The notes beneath the pieces are model-generated. The model worked only from the letters and a program-made list of their open reading frames with translations. It was not told where the DNA came from and searched no databases. From positions 50,842,001 to 50,906,000 of the forward strand of contig NW_024704742.1 in NCBI RefSeq assembly GCF_018977255.1: 64,000 nt of DNA, given 5' to 3'. Both the position numbers and the translations under genes were made by a program. Position 1 is the stretch's first letter; each line of letters opens with the position of its first letter. Below, in pieces: positions 52,179 to 64,000 of this stretch. The stretch is from Callorhinchus milii. Its lineage: Eukaryota.

Positions 52179-53764
52179 CCACACACACTATGTATGGCTT
52201 TCAAAAAAACCTCCAGGACTTTAACCCTTTGAAGTCCGCTGAAGTATTTTTTGTGCAATATCCAAACCATTCTCCAGGCTGCATAACAAATGTACAATTA
52301 TTTGTCTATTTTTGTTTGTACTGTTTTCAGAGACTTCTTTAGGGCCAAAGGTGATGTAAAAGCATCTAATTTATAAGATACACAGAAAGGATTTATAAAT
52401 GGTGAATTATGTATGTGTCTCTATTCAGTCAGTGCTTCTTTTAGGATTTCCATGAAATCGGCATTTGACTAGCATTCCAGAGAGTTGGAATTGACTCGTC
52501 CAGGATTTGCTATTTACAAATCCTTTCATGCCTATCATTGAAATTACCCATTTCCAGTCCTCAAATGGTTGTGAGACAATTGTCTGGTGAAAAGACAACT
52601 GTTCAAAAACAAACTGGTCAGCAGAACACAGAGGGCTGTTTGACACCTCATCTGGTGATGCAATCCAAATGGTTGTACTGAAAAGTATGCTGCATAGTAT
52701 TTTTTTAAAAAGCGGTATTGTTTCTTTAGAAATAAATGTATGTGTTGAAACTGTTACTTGTAAAGATCGAGAGAAGCATCGCAAACATAGCACCTGACTC
52801 CTTGGTGAATAATTCTTACATTTCATATCATTATGCATTGGTGATATTTATATAAATTAAGAAAGCACTGTAATCACTGACTGGGGTACTTAAAACAGTT
52901 GTAAACCTCTGCTTATACCAATCTTTGTAAAGCTTTCACATTAATATGTATAGTGATGTAATAGTACGTAACTGGTTAGCTATATAATGACTGTGTTGCC
53001 CTGGTTATTATGAAACAAATGTTAACCTTTGTGCTGTTAAATGTATGCATATAAAAGCTTTTTAAAAGTTTACAAATGAGTTTTCAGAAAATGTTTATAC
53101 ACTTATGTTATGCTGACTATTTTCTAGGAATATTTCACCAAATATTACTGGATACGTGAGCCTTTTTCTGTCTTTGTTTGTCTGTCTGTTTATAATGGTC
53201 ACTATGTGCTATACCTGGAGTTGAGTAGCCTTTTGTCCATTTGTCAGCAGAAAAAAGTTTACTAAATGGGATTGTTCACCTTTTGCACTATTAAGAATTA
53301 CTGGGCAACTTTCTCACCCCATGTAAATGGTTTGTGTAAGAAACAGAAGGTGGGCTTCAGAGTCTGGTTAAATGTGCACATTGCAGACACCGGGGAGAGA
53401 GTTTATCTTCAACCTGTGCTGTACGTGTCTTGTGAATGCATAAGTTGATTGTACTGGAAGTTTTGCATTCCCTAGCAGAAAAGTATATCAGTTTTTAGTT
53501 CTTTATAAGATTGATGTCCTGGAATGGACCAACAGCATAGACCACTCTTACTCATTCTGTATGAATACCATTATCATGTAGTTTCTATACTATTATTGAT
53601 ATTTAAATAAACTACAAATGAAACATATATACATTGGTATTGTATTGGTGGAAAACTGATTAAAGACCAAGAAAAAACTTTGACTCTGAATATTGACGTG
53701 GTTGAACATTTTGTCTTACAATTTAAGATAAATTTGCAGTGTTGTATAACATGTTCCTTTTTCT

Positions 53765-53981
53765 GGTATAAAACACAGACGTTTCTGGGAACATGCAGCA
53801 TGTCAGGCAGCATCCATGGAGAGAGGAACATGATTTAACGTTTCAGGTCAATGATCTTTTGTCAGACAACCTTTTGGCTAGTTCTGGTCATTGACTTGAA
53901 ACGTTAACTCATTTTCCTGCTGCGTGTTCCAGCGACTTCTGTGTTTATACCAGATTTCCAGCATCTGCAGTACTTTGCCTT
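53765..53981. mobile_element. Penelope-like insertion made of two inverted halves
   Basis: 14-bp TSD atgttcctttttct at 53751-53764 and 53982-53995; inverted halves each have a decayed ...GAAACGTTAA motif. Confidence 0.7.
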
Positions 53982-56900
53982 ATGTTCCTTTTTCTTATCA
54001 TGCAAGGAATGGGTTATAAAATATTTCACTGCTAAGTACCATTCCAGGAAAACCACAGGGAATAACTGAAGATCGAGGCAAGAATCCAGTTTGATATCAG
54101 TTTCTATTCATTACAGTGAACGATAAAACCCCAGACAGTATCCTTAGATATAATTCAGTGTTGCTATGTTACAGTCTACAATTTGTACCTGAGTGTCATT
54201 ATTGCATTCTCTTTACTCTTACCTGTATTTCAGTATTCATTGCCGTGATGAACAAACCAGATACATGCTGCAATACAAAAGATGTCATGCAACATGGAAG
54301 ACAATTGCAGTTGAAATATGGGGGGAAAGCTTCTAATGAATTCAACCGAAAATTACTAGCAGCAGAAAAGAGAGTAATTTAAAATAATAATAGTCCTAGC
54401 ATTTGATATAGGGCCTTATCACGTCGTTGAGACATCTCAAAGCCCTTCAAAGAATATGCTATAAAGTGGATTGACTATATTTGCGGGCAAAATGTGGTAG
54501 CCAGTGTCCCACACACAGGCATGGAGTGAGTGACCGATTCATTTGGGGAATTTATTGCCAAAAAAAGTTGCTTCTCTTTTCAAATAGTGCCATGGGATCT
54601 TTAACGTCCACCTCAACAGGCAGACGGGACCTCAGTTTAAACTCTCATCCAAAAGACAGCACCTCTGACAATGAAACAACCCTGCAGCACTGCATTGGAG
54701 TATTAAAATAGTTAGCAAACAAGTAAAGGGGGAGTCAGGAGAATTTTGTTTCATGTCGAGTAGTTAGGATAAGCTGAGAGGCTTTGTACCTGAGTGTCAT
54801 TGATTCTACCTGATTCTACCTGAGTTGAGGTAGAATCCATATTAGCTTTCAAAAGAAAACAAAACAAATATTTTAAAAAAAGTAAAGTCTAGGGGTATGG
54901 GGAAAGGGCAGGTATATAGGACTGAAAAGATAGCTCTTCAAAGAGCTAGCACAGATAGTGGGCAGCATGGCCAGCTGCTGTGCCTTAAATTTCAATGGTT
55001 CTAAGAATCACAGGATTATTCCAAAGTGTTAATTGGAGAAATGTGAGAATTCAATCTCAGGCTGGAGAGGCACCTCTTCACACCCCCTCTTTATGCTCTC
55101 TATTTTACTCCATTTGACTTTCATAATTTGTTTTATATCCTATAGAGCAGAAACCTGAGCACATCTGACAACTGCACCTGACAACAATAACAACAAATTG
55201 CATTTGTATAGCGCCTTTCATGTCAGGACAGCATCCCAAGGTGCTGGACAATCAGGGATTTGGACAACAACAATTTGCATTTATATGGAGTAGCATCCCA
55301 GAGTGCGAGCATGGGGTTGGGATCAGGAGGGATGGAGGGCAGGGAGGGTAGCAGTAAAAGGGTGAGAGTCGAAGTGGAGGGCTTTGAGCCAAGCCTTGAA
55401 GGAAGCAAGGGAGGGATCTAGGCTAAGGGACTATGGGATGGAGTTGCATAGGTTAGGGGCAGAGAGGCTGACATTCACAATGCAAACTGTAGAAAGAGTG
55501 AACAGTACAAATTGTACCTTACCACCCAGGGCATCATATTCTTGCACTCCTTTATTTCACACTTGCATAAATGGACAATGCCAGGGATCACATCCGGAGG
55601 CAAATCATGTTCAGCCTTACTCAGCATTATATTCCTTAAACACAGGGGCTAAAATCTTTAGCAAAATGGGAGAGAGAACCCAATTGTCCAGCGCTTTGGG
55701 ACATCCTCCCGACGTGAAAGGCACTCTATAAATGAAATCTTGTTGTTGTTGTTGAGAAGGATGATTTGCCATGTTGTAGCCAATTAAGATGTGGAATTAC
55801 TACAGGATTGTACAGGAAGGGTGGCTGAGGGGTATGGGTGGGGATAGAGAGGGAGGGGAGATTACTTTGGGTGGAGGCTCACAGGGAGTATAAAATACTT
55901 GCATGGATTAGTTTGGCCAAATGATCTGCTTTGTTGCTGTAGATTCTAAATGATTCTATGTAATATTTATTTTATCAGTTTCGAGAGAGAATCAAGCAAA
56001 GCTCTGTGATAACAACAGTGAATGCTGCTGTTTTGCATTGAAATTTATTTAATGAGTTTGTGACACATGTAAGTTGACTCTCCTCTCCCCCTCCCCTCCA
56101 CCCACTCGAGCTTTACAACTGGTCCACAAGCTGCTGTCTCGTTACCATCTTGTTACATTACTAAGAGCAGGCGTTTCATATAGTATATTAACATCCTCCA
56201 TTTGTCTTCTCTTGGCAAAGATAAAAAAAGATAGGGCTTAGGAAGTAATCTTTCTTTTACAACGCAGACTGAAGTCAAAGAGATAGAGAAGCAGTCTGTC
56301 CCTTTGGAAAAAAAACAGTTATTTTAATTAAGTGCCATTTGGTAGACCACAAATACAAGAGCTCAGTGATTAGCCTGAGGTCCATCACCACTTTGATAAT
56401 AACATCACATTTGACAAAACAACAAAAAGATAAAAGAGCAGCATCAGGTAAGATTGTAAATAGTGTACCAGAAAAAATGATTTGTCGTATCATTATTCCT
56501 CAAGAACAATGTACAGAAAATTCTATGAGTGTAACATTCGTTTTTTTTTTAAACATTTAGCCTTTGTGTGTATTTTTCTCTTTTTGATTGAAATGATGGT
56601 TAAAATGATTGCCTGAAGCCTGGGATAAGCATATTTTCTGTGCTGTTAAAGCTGCATCATCAGTTTGCCAGTAATGGAAGCCACAGCAGAGACCAACAGA
56701 GCAAATGAAAAACATCATTATATTTAAAGAATTTGAGTTGTGAATATTAAGTAAAGTACAATCTCTCAAATGGCAAGCATCAAGCAGAGGGAACATAAAT
56801 ATCTGTGGCTGTTGAATTAAACATTTTTTCTTGAATAGCAGAGGTTGTAGCTAAGGTTCATCTTTCAAATACAGTATGATGAAAAATGAGTCTACATACT

Positions 56901-57524
56901 GTGTGCTGCGGTTAGTGATAAATATATCAAATATGCTCTTATTTCCCCTTTACAGAAATATTGCAAACAGGATTGCAATCCTGTTTTACAGATGAACATT
57001 TTAAAACTGTCCAAAAATTTCCATGTTGAAACGTTTTATACTAATACAAGAGAAAAAATTTCTCTGCAATAGCAATTCAGTGGGAAAATAATTCATTATC
57101 ATTATTTCATTAATATGCTGTTTAGGTACGCGAGTTTTAATATATTATTATCATCAATAGGCAATATCATGAAGAGAACGTTTTACGAGAGATGATTTTA
57201 TTTTAAAAAACATTATCCATTTGCTTCTAAGCTTTTGCCTCAAATGCTTGTAGCAGAAATAATATCATTTTATGTTGCTTTTCCAAATTGAGAGATATGG
57301 GCTCAAAATGTACACTTTGTGTTAAATGTAATAGTGACATGTTCAAAGTGCCTGTGGTGACATGTTCTATGTGGAGCTGGCTGAGGGAAGTGAAATATCA
57401 GGCTATCAATACTATTTTATAAGCGATTGAAGCATGAATAAGGCACAAGCATGAGTAATCTGATAACACCTACCCTCTCATGGAACAGGGTTGGGGTGAA
57501 CGGGTTGTCTTGTGCCTTTGCTAC

Positions 57525-57634
57525 TTATAGTGAATTTGTATGGGCTATTTTGCTATATTCTGTGGGATAAACTTAGCAAACGTGAATTTTGCAATAGCAA
57601 ATAGAGGAGAATAGCCCATACAAATTCACTATAA
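57525..57634. repeat. MITE-like hairpin with perfect 25-bp inverted arms
   Basis: ttatagtgaatttgtatgggctatt (57525-57549) is the reverse complement of 57610-57634. Confidence 0.85.
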
Positions 57635-58352
57635 AGAAAGCTCTAATAAGTTCTGCTTTAATAGCTAAAGTGAGGGTTGTATCTGCACCATAGTGAAAAC
57701 AATGAGAAGTCTTAATACTTAAAAAACTTCATTCATAGAATATAATTAGAAAGACAATTTCTTTAGGATTTGAAATACTGCACTTTATAATATTTGACAT
57801 TTAACTACAGTTTTCCCCAATGTCATTGTTGATTTCCATATATAGCCATAAGAAAACATAAAGACTGTAGAAGAACCAGGTAATGAATCTCTCACACATC
57901 TATCTCTCTGCATGTTGATCCATGTTGAGGTGTATGTAGTGTTATCCCATCACATATCGCATCCACCAACCCCATAGTTTCAAAATATAAAGTTAGCAAA
58001 TAGCTCAGGAGAATGTTTTTAGTAGAATGGTCATCAATATGTGGAATAAACTGCCATCACTGTCCGAGAAAGGAGGAAATATAAACGGTTTCAAGTAGGA
58101 ACTATTAATGTGCCAAATGAATACGTGAGGAAGTTAACTCAATATTTTGAGTGAGCTAGGTGACAATGTGGTCTGCACCTGCTTGTAACTGTTACTATCT
58201 TGCTCTAATACAAGTTCTCCTTTATTTAAAGCAGTACAATATATACGTTCAGATTATTAGAATGCAAATTCCTCTTTAAGCAGATTAACCTGTAAAGCTA
58301 GTTGAACTGTATTTTTCTGTTTAACCTACAGCACGAGAGAGATCTGCATAAA

Positions 58353-59033
58353 ATGAAAATTGAAGTAAAAAATATTTCTTTTACATCAGCCTTGGTTTCC
58401 TGGTCTCCTCCTCAGCGTAGCTGCCTCAGGAATTTCTACCAGATCATGTATAGACCTAACTGGAATAGGATTCTCTCTGGAATTTCGAGGCAGAACTTTC
58501 CCCGTGAGAAGCTGGTTCCTTTGAGCCACACCTCCATAACATTGAAGGCATTGACACCCAGCACACAGTATATTTTTTGTATGGCATGCCAGGGTACGCA
58601 TCTTTCTAGAGATCAGTGCACCACCTTTCACACCATGGCCAAAGAGACTGTGGTCGTAGGTGGTAAGAAGCTTGACCTGGCCATGATTGTTTGGCTAACA
58701 AGTAGCACTCTTCTCATTATAATTGTCATCATTCTACTTTATGGTTGCTTCAAGATGTGGGTTAAAAGGTGCAAGAGGAATGCCAAGGGATACAATCTTA
58801 GCCATAGCACTACTGCCAATAGAGAAGCTAGCCAAGCCTGGCACGTGGGCAATGCTGAAACTGCCCTGGTTGAAGTTCAGTTTGAAGTGCCCACGCTGGC
58901 ACTACTTGATCGATTTGCAGAATCCAAATCTGATGCTCTAATTGAAAAAGCTTTCAGCGGGACAAAGAATTTGCTGTCACAGAAAAGGGACAGTGATAAA
59001 AGGGCTATTTTACCACAGAGTGGTTATGAATAA
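58353..59033 (+). CDS. FNDC9-like fibronectin type III plus single TM protein, 226 aa, one coding exon
   Basis: MKIEVKNISFTSALVSWS...YQIMYRPNWN...LTPSTQYIFCMAC...CTTFHT, TM LAMIVWLTSSTLLIIIVIILLYGCF, C-terminal AILP; strongly resembles FNDC9 (MNIEVGNISYTGAIISWS...YHIMYRPNWN...AILP); acceptor ctacag| at 58331 implies an upstream UTR exon. Confidence 0.9.
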   Translation: MKIEVKNISFTSALVSWSPPQRSCLRNFYQIMYRPNWNRILSGISRQNFPREKLVPLSHTSITLKALTPSTQYIFCMACQGTHLSRDQCTTFHTMAKETVVVGGKKLDLAMIVWLTSSTLLIIIVIILLYGCFKMWVKRCKRNAKGYNLSHSTTANREASQAWHVGNAETALVEVQFEVPTLALLDRFAESKSDALIEKAFSGTKNLLSQKRDSDKRAILPQSGYE

Positions 59034-60077
59034 CAAAAGGGTCATCTTGCTTTTGGTGACGTGCATTCAATTACTAGTAAATGTTAAGAGATGTTATAGA
59101 TTCATAATGTAATGTATGAACATACTACAAATTGTTCAGAGAATTGGTGCAAGTAAATGCGACTCTGACAGATGTTTAAATGTCAGATAAATATATCATA
59201 TCTACAATATGTGTTCTATCTTTTGTTTTGCTGTAGCTTAATCATCGTAATCTGCTGTTATATCACAATAGGAATTGTACTTATTAGGTATTATGATGCA
59301 TGAATATAAAGTCTGCAACATATTAAGTCAGATTATAGTAAATTTTGCTGCTTGTTTTAAAAAAGCACCATTTCTGCAGAGAGTTGGGTTGAGATTGTAT
59401 AAAATGTTACCTTGGATTTAGTGACCAACAATGGCTGTGTTGTTCTTGCTTCACTAAAGATAACACCTTTTTGTTTCACTTATTTAATTGTTTTAGTGTT
59501 GAATGCAACATTGAAAGGAAGTGTTATCAAGCTATGAATGCATTTAAAATTTAGAATACAACATTTTATGCAATAACAGAGGAGTCATTAAGCTTATTGT
59601 TTTCAGACTGGTGAAGCTGGTGACTCCCTTACTGAAGCTAATCCTGTTCTCATGCTCTTTCTCCATTCCCCTCATCTCCACCCTCTAATATGACTTTTCC
59701 TTAAGTATTAGCCAATTCCCAATTAAATGCTGTTATAAATTCTGTGTAATTTGTGGTAAACCACACTGTAACAATTGTGTATAAAAAATGAATTTTCTAA
59801 CCTCAGTTAATTTATTTTTGGTCAGCCGGGTGTCTTACATGTTCGGAAACCCATCACCGTGCTTAAGAGTATCCAAACCAAGCTGAAATTTCCATGCATC
59901 CCACCTACACATGGAAATCCCAGAGATAGATTATTGGCATGGAATTCTCACTCTCTCCCTGGAGGGACTCATCCTGCTTACCTAATTTCAAACAATATTA
60001 GGCACTAGTTGGCAAGAACAAAGGCCCAAAGTGTGCATGCTGCAGACAGGACCTTGGTTTAACATCTCATTGGAAGG

Positions 60078-61475
60078 ACAACAAAATTACATTTATAGAG
60101 CGCCTTTCACATCGGGAAGACGTCCCAAGGCGCTGGACAGTCAGGGGTCAGGACTGGAGCATGGGGGAGGGGTGGGGTAGGGGTGATAGAAGGCAGAGAG
60201 GTGGGAGGGCGACTGAAGGCACGATCGAAGAGGAGGGTCTTGAGACCGGCCTTGAAGGAGGCAAGGGAGGAAGCGAGGTAAAGGGACTGTGGGATGGAGT
60301 TCCAGAGTGTGGGGGCAGAGAGGCTGAAAACTCGGCCACCGATGGTAGGGCTGGTCGGGTGGGAGACATGGAGCAGGCTGGAGCCCACTGAACGGAGGGA
60401 GCGGGCAGGTTGGTAGGGAGTCAGCAGGTCAGAGAGGTAGGAGGGAGCAAGGCCATGAATGGCCTTAAAGCTGAGAAAGAGGATCTTGAATTCGATCTTC
60501 TGAGGGATGGGGAACCAGTGGAGTCGGACGAGGGTGGGAGTGATGGGGTCACGGAGCCTGGTGCGTGAGAGTACACGAGCTGCAGAGTTTTGGATGATCT
60601 GCAGCTTGTGAAGGGAAGAGTTGGGAAGGCCGATGAGGAGGGAGTTTCCATAATCGAACCTTGATGTGACAAATGCGTGGGTGAGGGTTTCGGCAGCCTG
60701 AGGGGTGAGGCAGTAGCGGAGTCTGGCAATGTTGCAGAGGTGGTGGTAGGCAGTGCTGGTCACGGCGCGGATATGGGGGAGAAAGGTCAGTTCAGGGTCA
60801 AATAAGAAACCCAGGTTCCTGACTGGCTTAGTGAGGTTGAGTGTGCAGCCGTGGAGGCTGATGCTGCCAGTGTCCAAGGTGCGAAGGCGCTGGTGTGAGC
60901 CAATCAGGAGGGCCTCGGTCTTGCTGACGTTGAGTTGGAGAAAGTTGTCCCTCATCCAGGACTTGATGTCCGACAGGCAGTCGGTCAGGACAGCAGTGGT
61001 CCTGGAGTTGAGGGTGGAGGCAGAGAGATAGAGTTAGGTGTCATCCGCATACATGTGGAAATTTACCCCATGTCTACAGATGACATCACCAAGCGGGAGC
61101 ATGTAGAGGGTGAAGAGGAGGGGACCGAGGACAGAGCCCCGAGGAACACCGCACAAGATTGTGCGGGGGCTGGAGGAGAAGCTGTTTACTGAGACAAAGT
61201 GGAGGCGGTGTGAAAGGTAGGACCTGAACCAGTCAAGGACAGAACCTTGGAGGTTGAGGTGGGAGGAGAGGCGGTGGAGGAGGATTGAATGGTGGGCAGC
61301 ATGGAAACCTGATTGGAGGGGCTGATGGAGGGAGTGAGAGGAGAGGAAAGAGCGAAGCTGGGAGGCAACGGTTCTCTCAAGGACCTTAGACAGAAAAGGG
61401 AGGTTGGAGATGGGACGGTAGCTGGATAGCTGTGATGGGTCAAGGGAAGGTTTCATCAAGGTGGGGGTGATAGTG
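60078..61475 (-). mobile_element. L2 LINE, 5'-truncated, with RT
   Basis: Encodes [15 protein letters not shown]...[13 protein letters not shown]...MYADDT; inserted within a Deu-type SINE. Confidence 0.93.
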
Positions 61476-62599
61476 GTTGTTCTTCCGACAATGCAGCACT
61501 CTCCCAGACCACAACAATCTTTTATGAAACACCACTTTTGAAAAGGAAATGATTCACCAATGAAGAAATAAATATTATCTTTTGATCCATAAAATAAATA
61601 AGTTTCTTGTATCAACACTGGACAACTTTTTAAAGTGAGACATATGGAGCTGCATTGTAAAAATACAAAAGGAAAAAGTGGGTCTAAAATCACAACAAGC
61701 ATCCAGGACATTGTCATTTGTATTCATTGGGTATAGACAAGAGAAAAACAACTTCATCCAAACGTCAAGTCACTTGTATTATTATTCCACATTGGATTTC
61801 TAAGAGTTCCAAGTAGATTGATTTATCTGATGACTCAAACCACTCTGAACATATTATCGCCCATCAGTTGTGCTTTGTTTCTGACCACCATGTGGAGCTA
61901 GCTGGTAAAGTAAATATACTCTGAACTGCAGAGGTGGAAATGACACCTCCGACAATGCAGCACTCTCTCAGATTACAATAATCTTTTATGAAGCACCACT
62001 TAGAAGCATCACATTATGGTTACAGCACTCGCCTCGCAAGCGAGAGGACCCAGGTCGATTCCCGGGCAGGGCAAAAGTTTCCTTACTTTGGACGCCTCTG
62101 TTGATCTAGCAGTAAGTAGGAACCAGGTTTCTACTGGATTGGCAGATCGCTTTTTGGGGGTAATAATCTCTTAAAAAATAAATAAAATAATAATTTGGTA
62201 ACTGTTTGTGGGTCACTGTTGTGCGCAGTTGGCTGTCGCATTTTGTCCACAAAATATACAGTCAATTCACTTTACACCATATTCTGTGAAGCGCTTTGAG
62301 ACGTCTCAATGACATGATAAGGCGCTATATCAAAAGCAAGGATTATTATTATGTTTCCATCTACATTTACAAACAGAAAAACTGGAGGGAATTAACTCTC
62401 ACAGATAGAAACTAAATGAATGAAATATAACAACAACAAAATTATATTTGTACAGCGCCTTTCACATCGGGAGGATGTCCCAAGGCTGAAGGATGTAAAT
62501 TATTTATTAAAATCAATATGCTAAGTTAGTCATGGTAATGGCCAGTGAGTGGCAGCACAAACCTGTGCACCACAAGTGAAAGGACAGGAAGTTTGCTAT

Positions 62600-63690
62600 A
62601 CTGAATCTATACTGATTCCCCCACTAGTGGAAATAGCTTCTCCCTATTAACCTTGTCAAATCATAATGTTGTACACCTCTAACAAGTCCTCTCTCAACCT
62701 TCTCTGTTCCAATGAAACAGACTCAACTTTTCCAATTCTCTCATCACAACAGTAACCCCTCATCCCTGGTATCATTCTTGTATATCTTCTCTGCACCTCC
62801 TCCAAGGCTTTAACGTTCTTCCTGAAGTGAGGTGAGGTGACCAAAACGTAATGCAGTACTCCAGTTGGAGCCTAACCAATGATTTGTACAAACTGAGTAT
62901 TAGTACTGCACTTTTTTACTCTGTGGAGTCCTGTAGCTTAGTGTTAGAGGACTCGCCTCGCAAGCGAGAGGAGCTGGGTTTGATTCCCGGGAAAACTTTA
63001 GGCAAGTTTCCTTACTCCACACTCTTCTGTTAACCTAGCAGTAAGTAGGAACCCAGTTGCTAGGGGATTGACGGCTCGCTTTTCCGGAGATAATAATCCC
63101 TCCAAAAAAATGAATAAAAATAATACATTTGATCACTCAATCCACGACTGTTTGTGGGACACTGCTGTGCACAATTGGCTGCCGTGTTTCTCTCACAAAA
63201 TATATAGTCAATTCACTTCACAGTATATTCTGTGAAGCACTTTGAGACCTGTCAAAGACGTGATAAGGCGCTATATCAAATGAAAGGATTATGATTATTA
63301 TTATTATTTTTATGTCCCTGTGTATAAAACACAGATTACCATTAGCGTTTTTCACAGTGCTTTCCACTTGCATTGCCACTTTCAAGGACGTATAATAATA
63401 TATCACCAAGAAGTAGTTATTCATAGGTTTTTTTATGTCCTGTTCATCTTTTTCAACCGCCTTTCAGTCCTTAAAGTTTTTACTATCTTCCCTGACTACC
63501 CTCATTTTGTTATAATATTGAAAGAATTGTTTTGCATTATGTTTTACATTTGCTGCCATGTTCCTTCCCAATACTCTCTTGTATGGTGTATACTCATCCC
63601 AATGGATACCCTTTCCTTTATCCTTACAAGCTTTGTAAATCTTCAGTAGTATTCTGTTACTGGGAAGCACCCCTTTTAGTTATGTCACTG
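62600..63690 (-). mobile_element. CR1 LINE fragments interrupted by a SINE
   Basis: Peptides ALEEVQRRYTRMIPGMRG...SLEQRRLREDL and ANVKHNAKQFFQY. Confidence 0.75.
62925..63307 (+). mobile_element. tRNA-derived SINE inserted into a CR1 fragment
   Basis: Full head and tail; CR1 ORF2 peptides on both sides. Confidence 0.88.
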
Positions 63691-63907
63691 GGAGGCCCAG
63701 AAGACCAAAATTCTATCAAGTGCTACCCTACAAAACTATTTTGACTTAAATGCTAAGATAGAACAGAATTGTGAAAAATACTTAAATTCAATCTCAATTT
63801 GAAAGTTGTGTTTTTTTACTAAACTGAACCACAAACAGAAGTTGGATTCTTGTCCACCTATTAGATGTGGAATGCAGAACACAGAGAGACTGTTTAGCAA
63901 AATAAAA

Positions 63908-64000
63908 GAACTCGACTTGGTGATCACCCGGGGCCTCAGTGTCTCGGATGTCACTATCACCGACAAGGCCATCTCCGACCACCACTTCATCTCCTTCACC
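63908..64000 (+). mobile_element. L2-like LINE fragment (end of the endonuclease domain), running off the window
   Basis: Reads LDLVITRGLSVSDVTITDKAISDHHFISFT, containing the APE SDH motif. Confidence 0.75.

Noticed and set aside
56339..56447. Upstream coding exon for the FNDC9-like gene
   Set aside because: TTG start, and its phase-1 donor is out of frame with the phase-0 acceptor at 58332; at most a UTR exon
58302..58352. N-terminal extension of the FNDC9-like ORF
   Set aside because: It starts at TTG and crosses a splice acceptor; homology begins at the ATG at 58353

Overview
Vertebrate genomic DNA, most likely a cartilaginous fish; this is inferred from the repeat content (L2 with (TTG)n tails, CR1, Deu-domain SINEs, Penelope-like termini). 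There are three protein-coding loci. (1) CNGA1, the rod cyclic-nucleotide-gated channel alpha subunit, is on the minus strand: seven in-phase coding exons from the ATG at 8978 run off the left edge of the window, with a candidate CRX-site promoter near 15.9 kb. (2) NIPAL1, a NIPA-like Mg transporter, is on the plus strand head-to-head with CNGA1 as in human 4p12: six coding exons at 35055-52178, with an apparent 1-nt frameshift in exon 2. (3) An FNDC9-like FN3+TM gene with one coding exon (58353-59033) lies downstream of NIPAL1 and is probably a whole-genome-duplication paralogue of FNDC9. The rest is repeat-rich. It includes a Buster/Charlie-type hAT transposon with both ends intact, a decayed Crypton-like tyrosine recombinase, TSD-flanked Penelope-like inserts with minimal hammerhead-ribozyme motifs, a ~0.9 kb G-rich minisatellite just upstream of NIPAL1, several inverted repeats and an unclassified repeat family. 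All comparisons with human proteins and repeat families are from memory; no database search was run.
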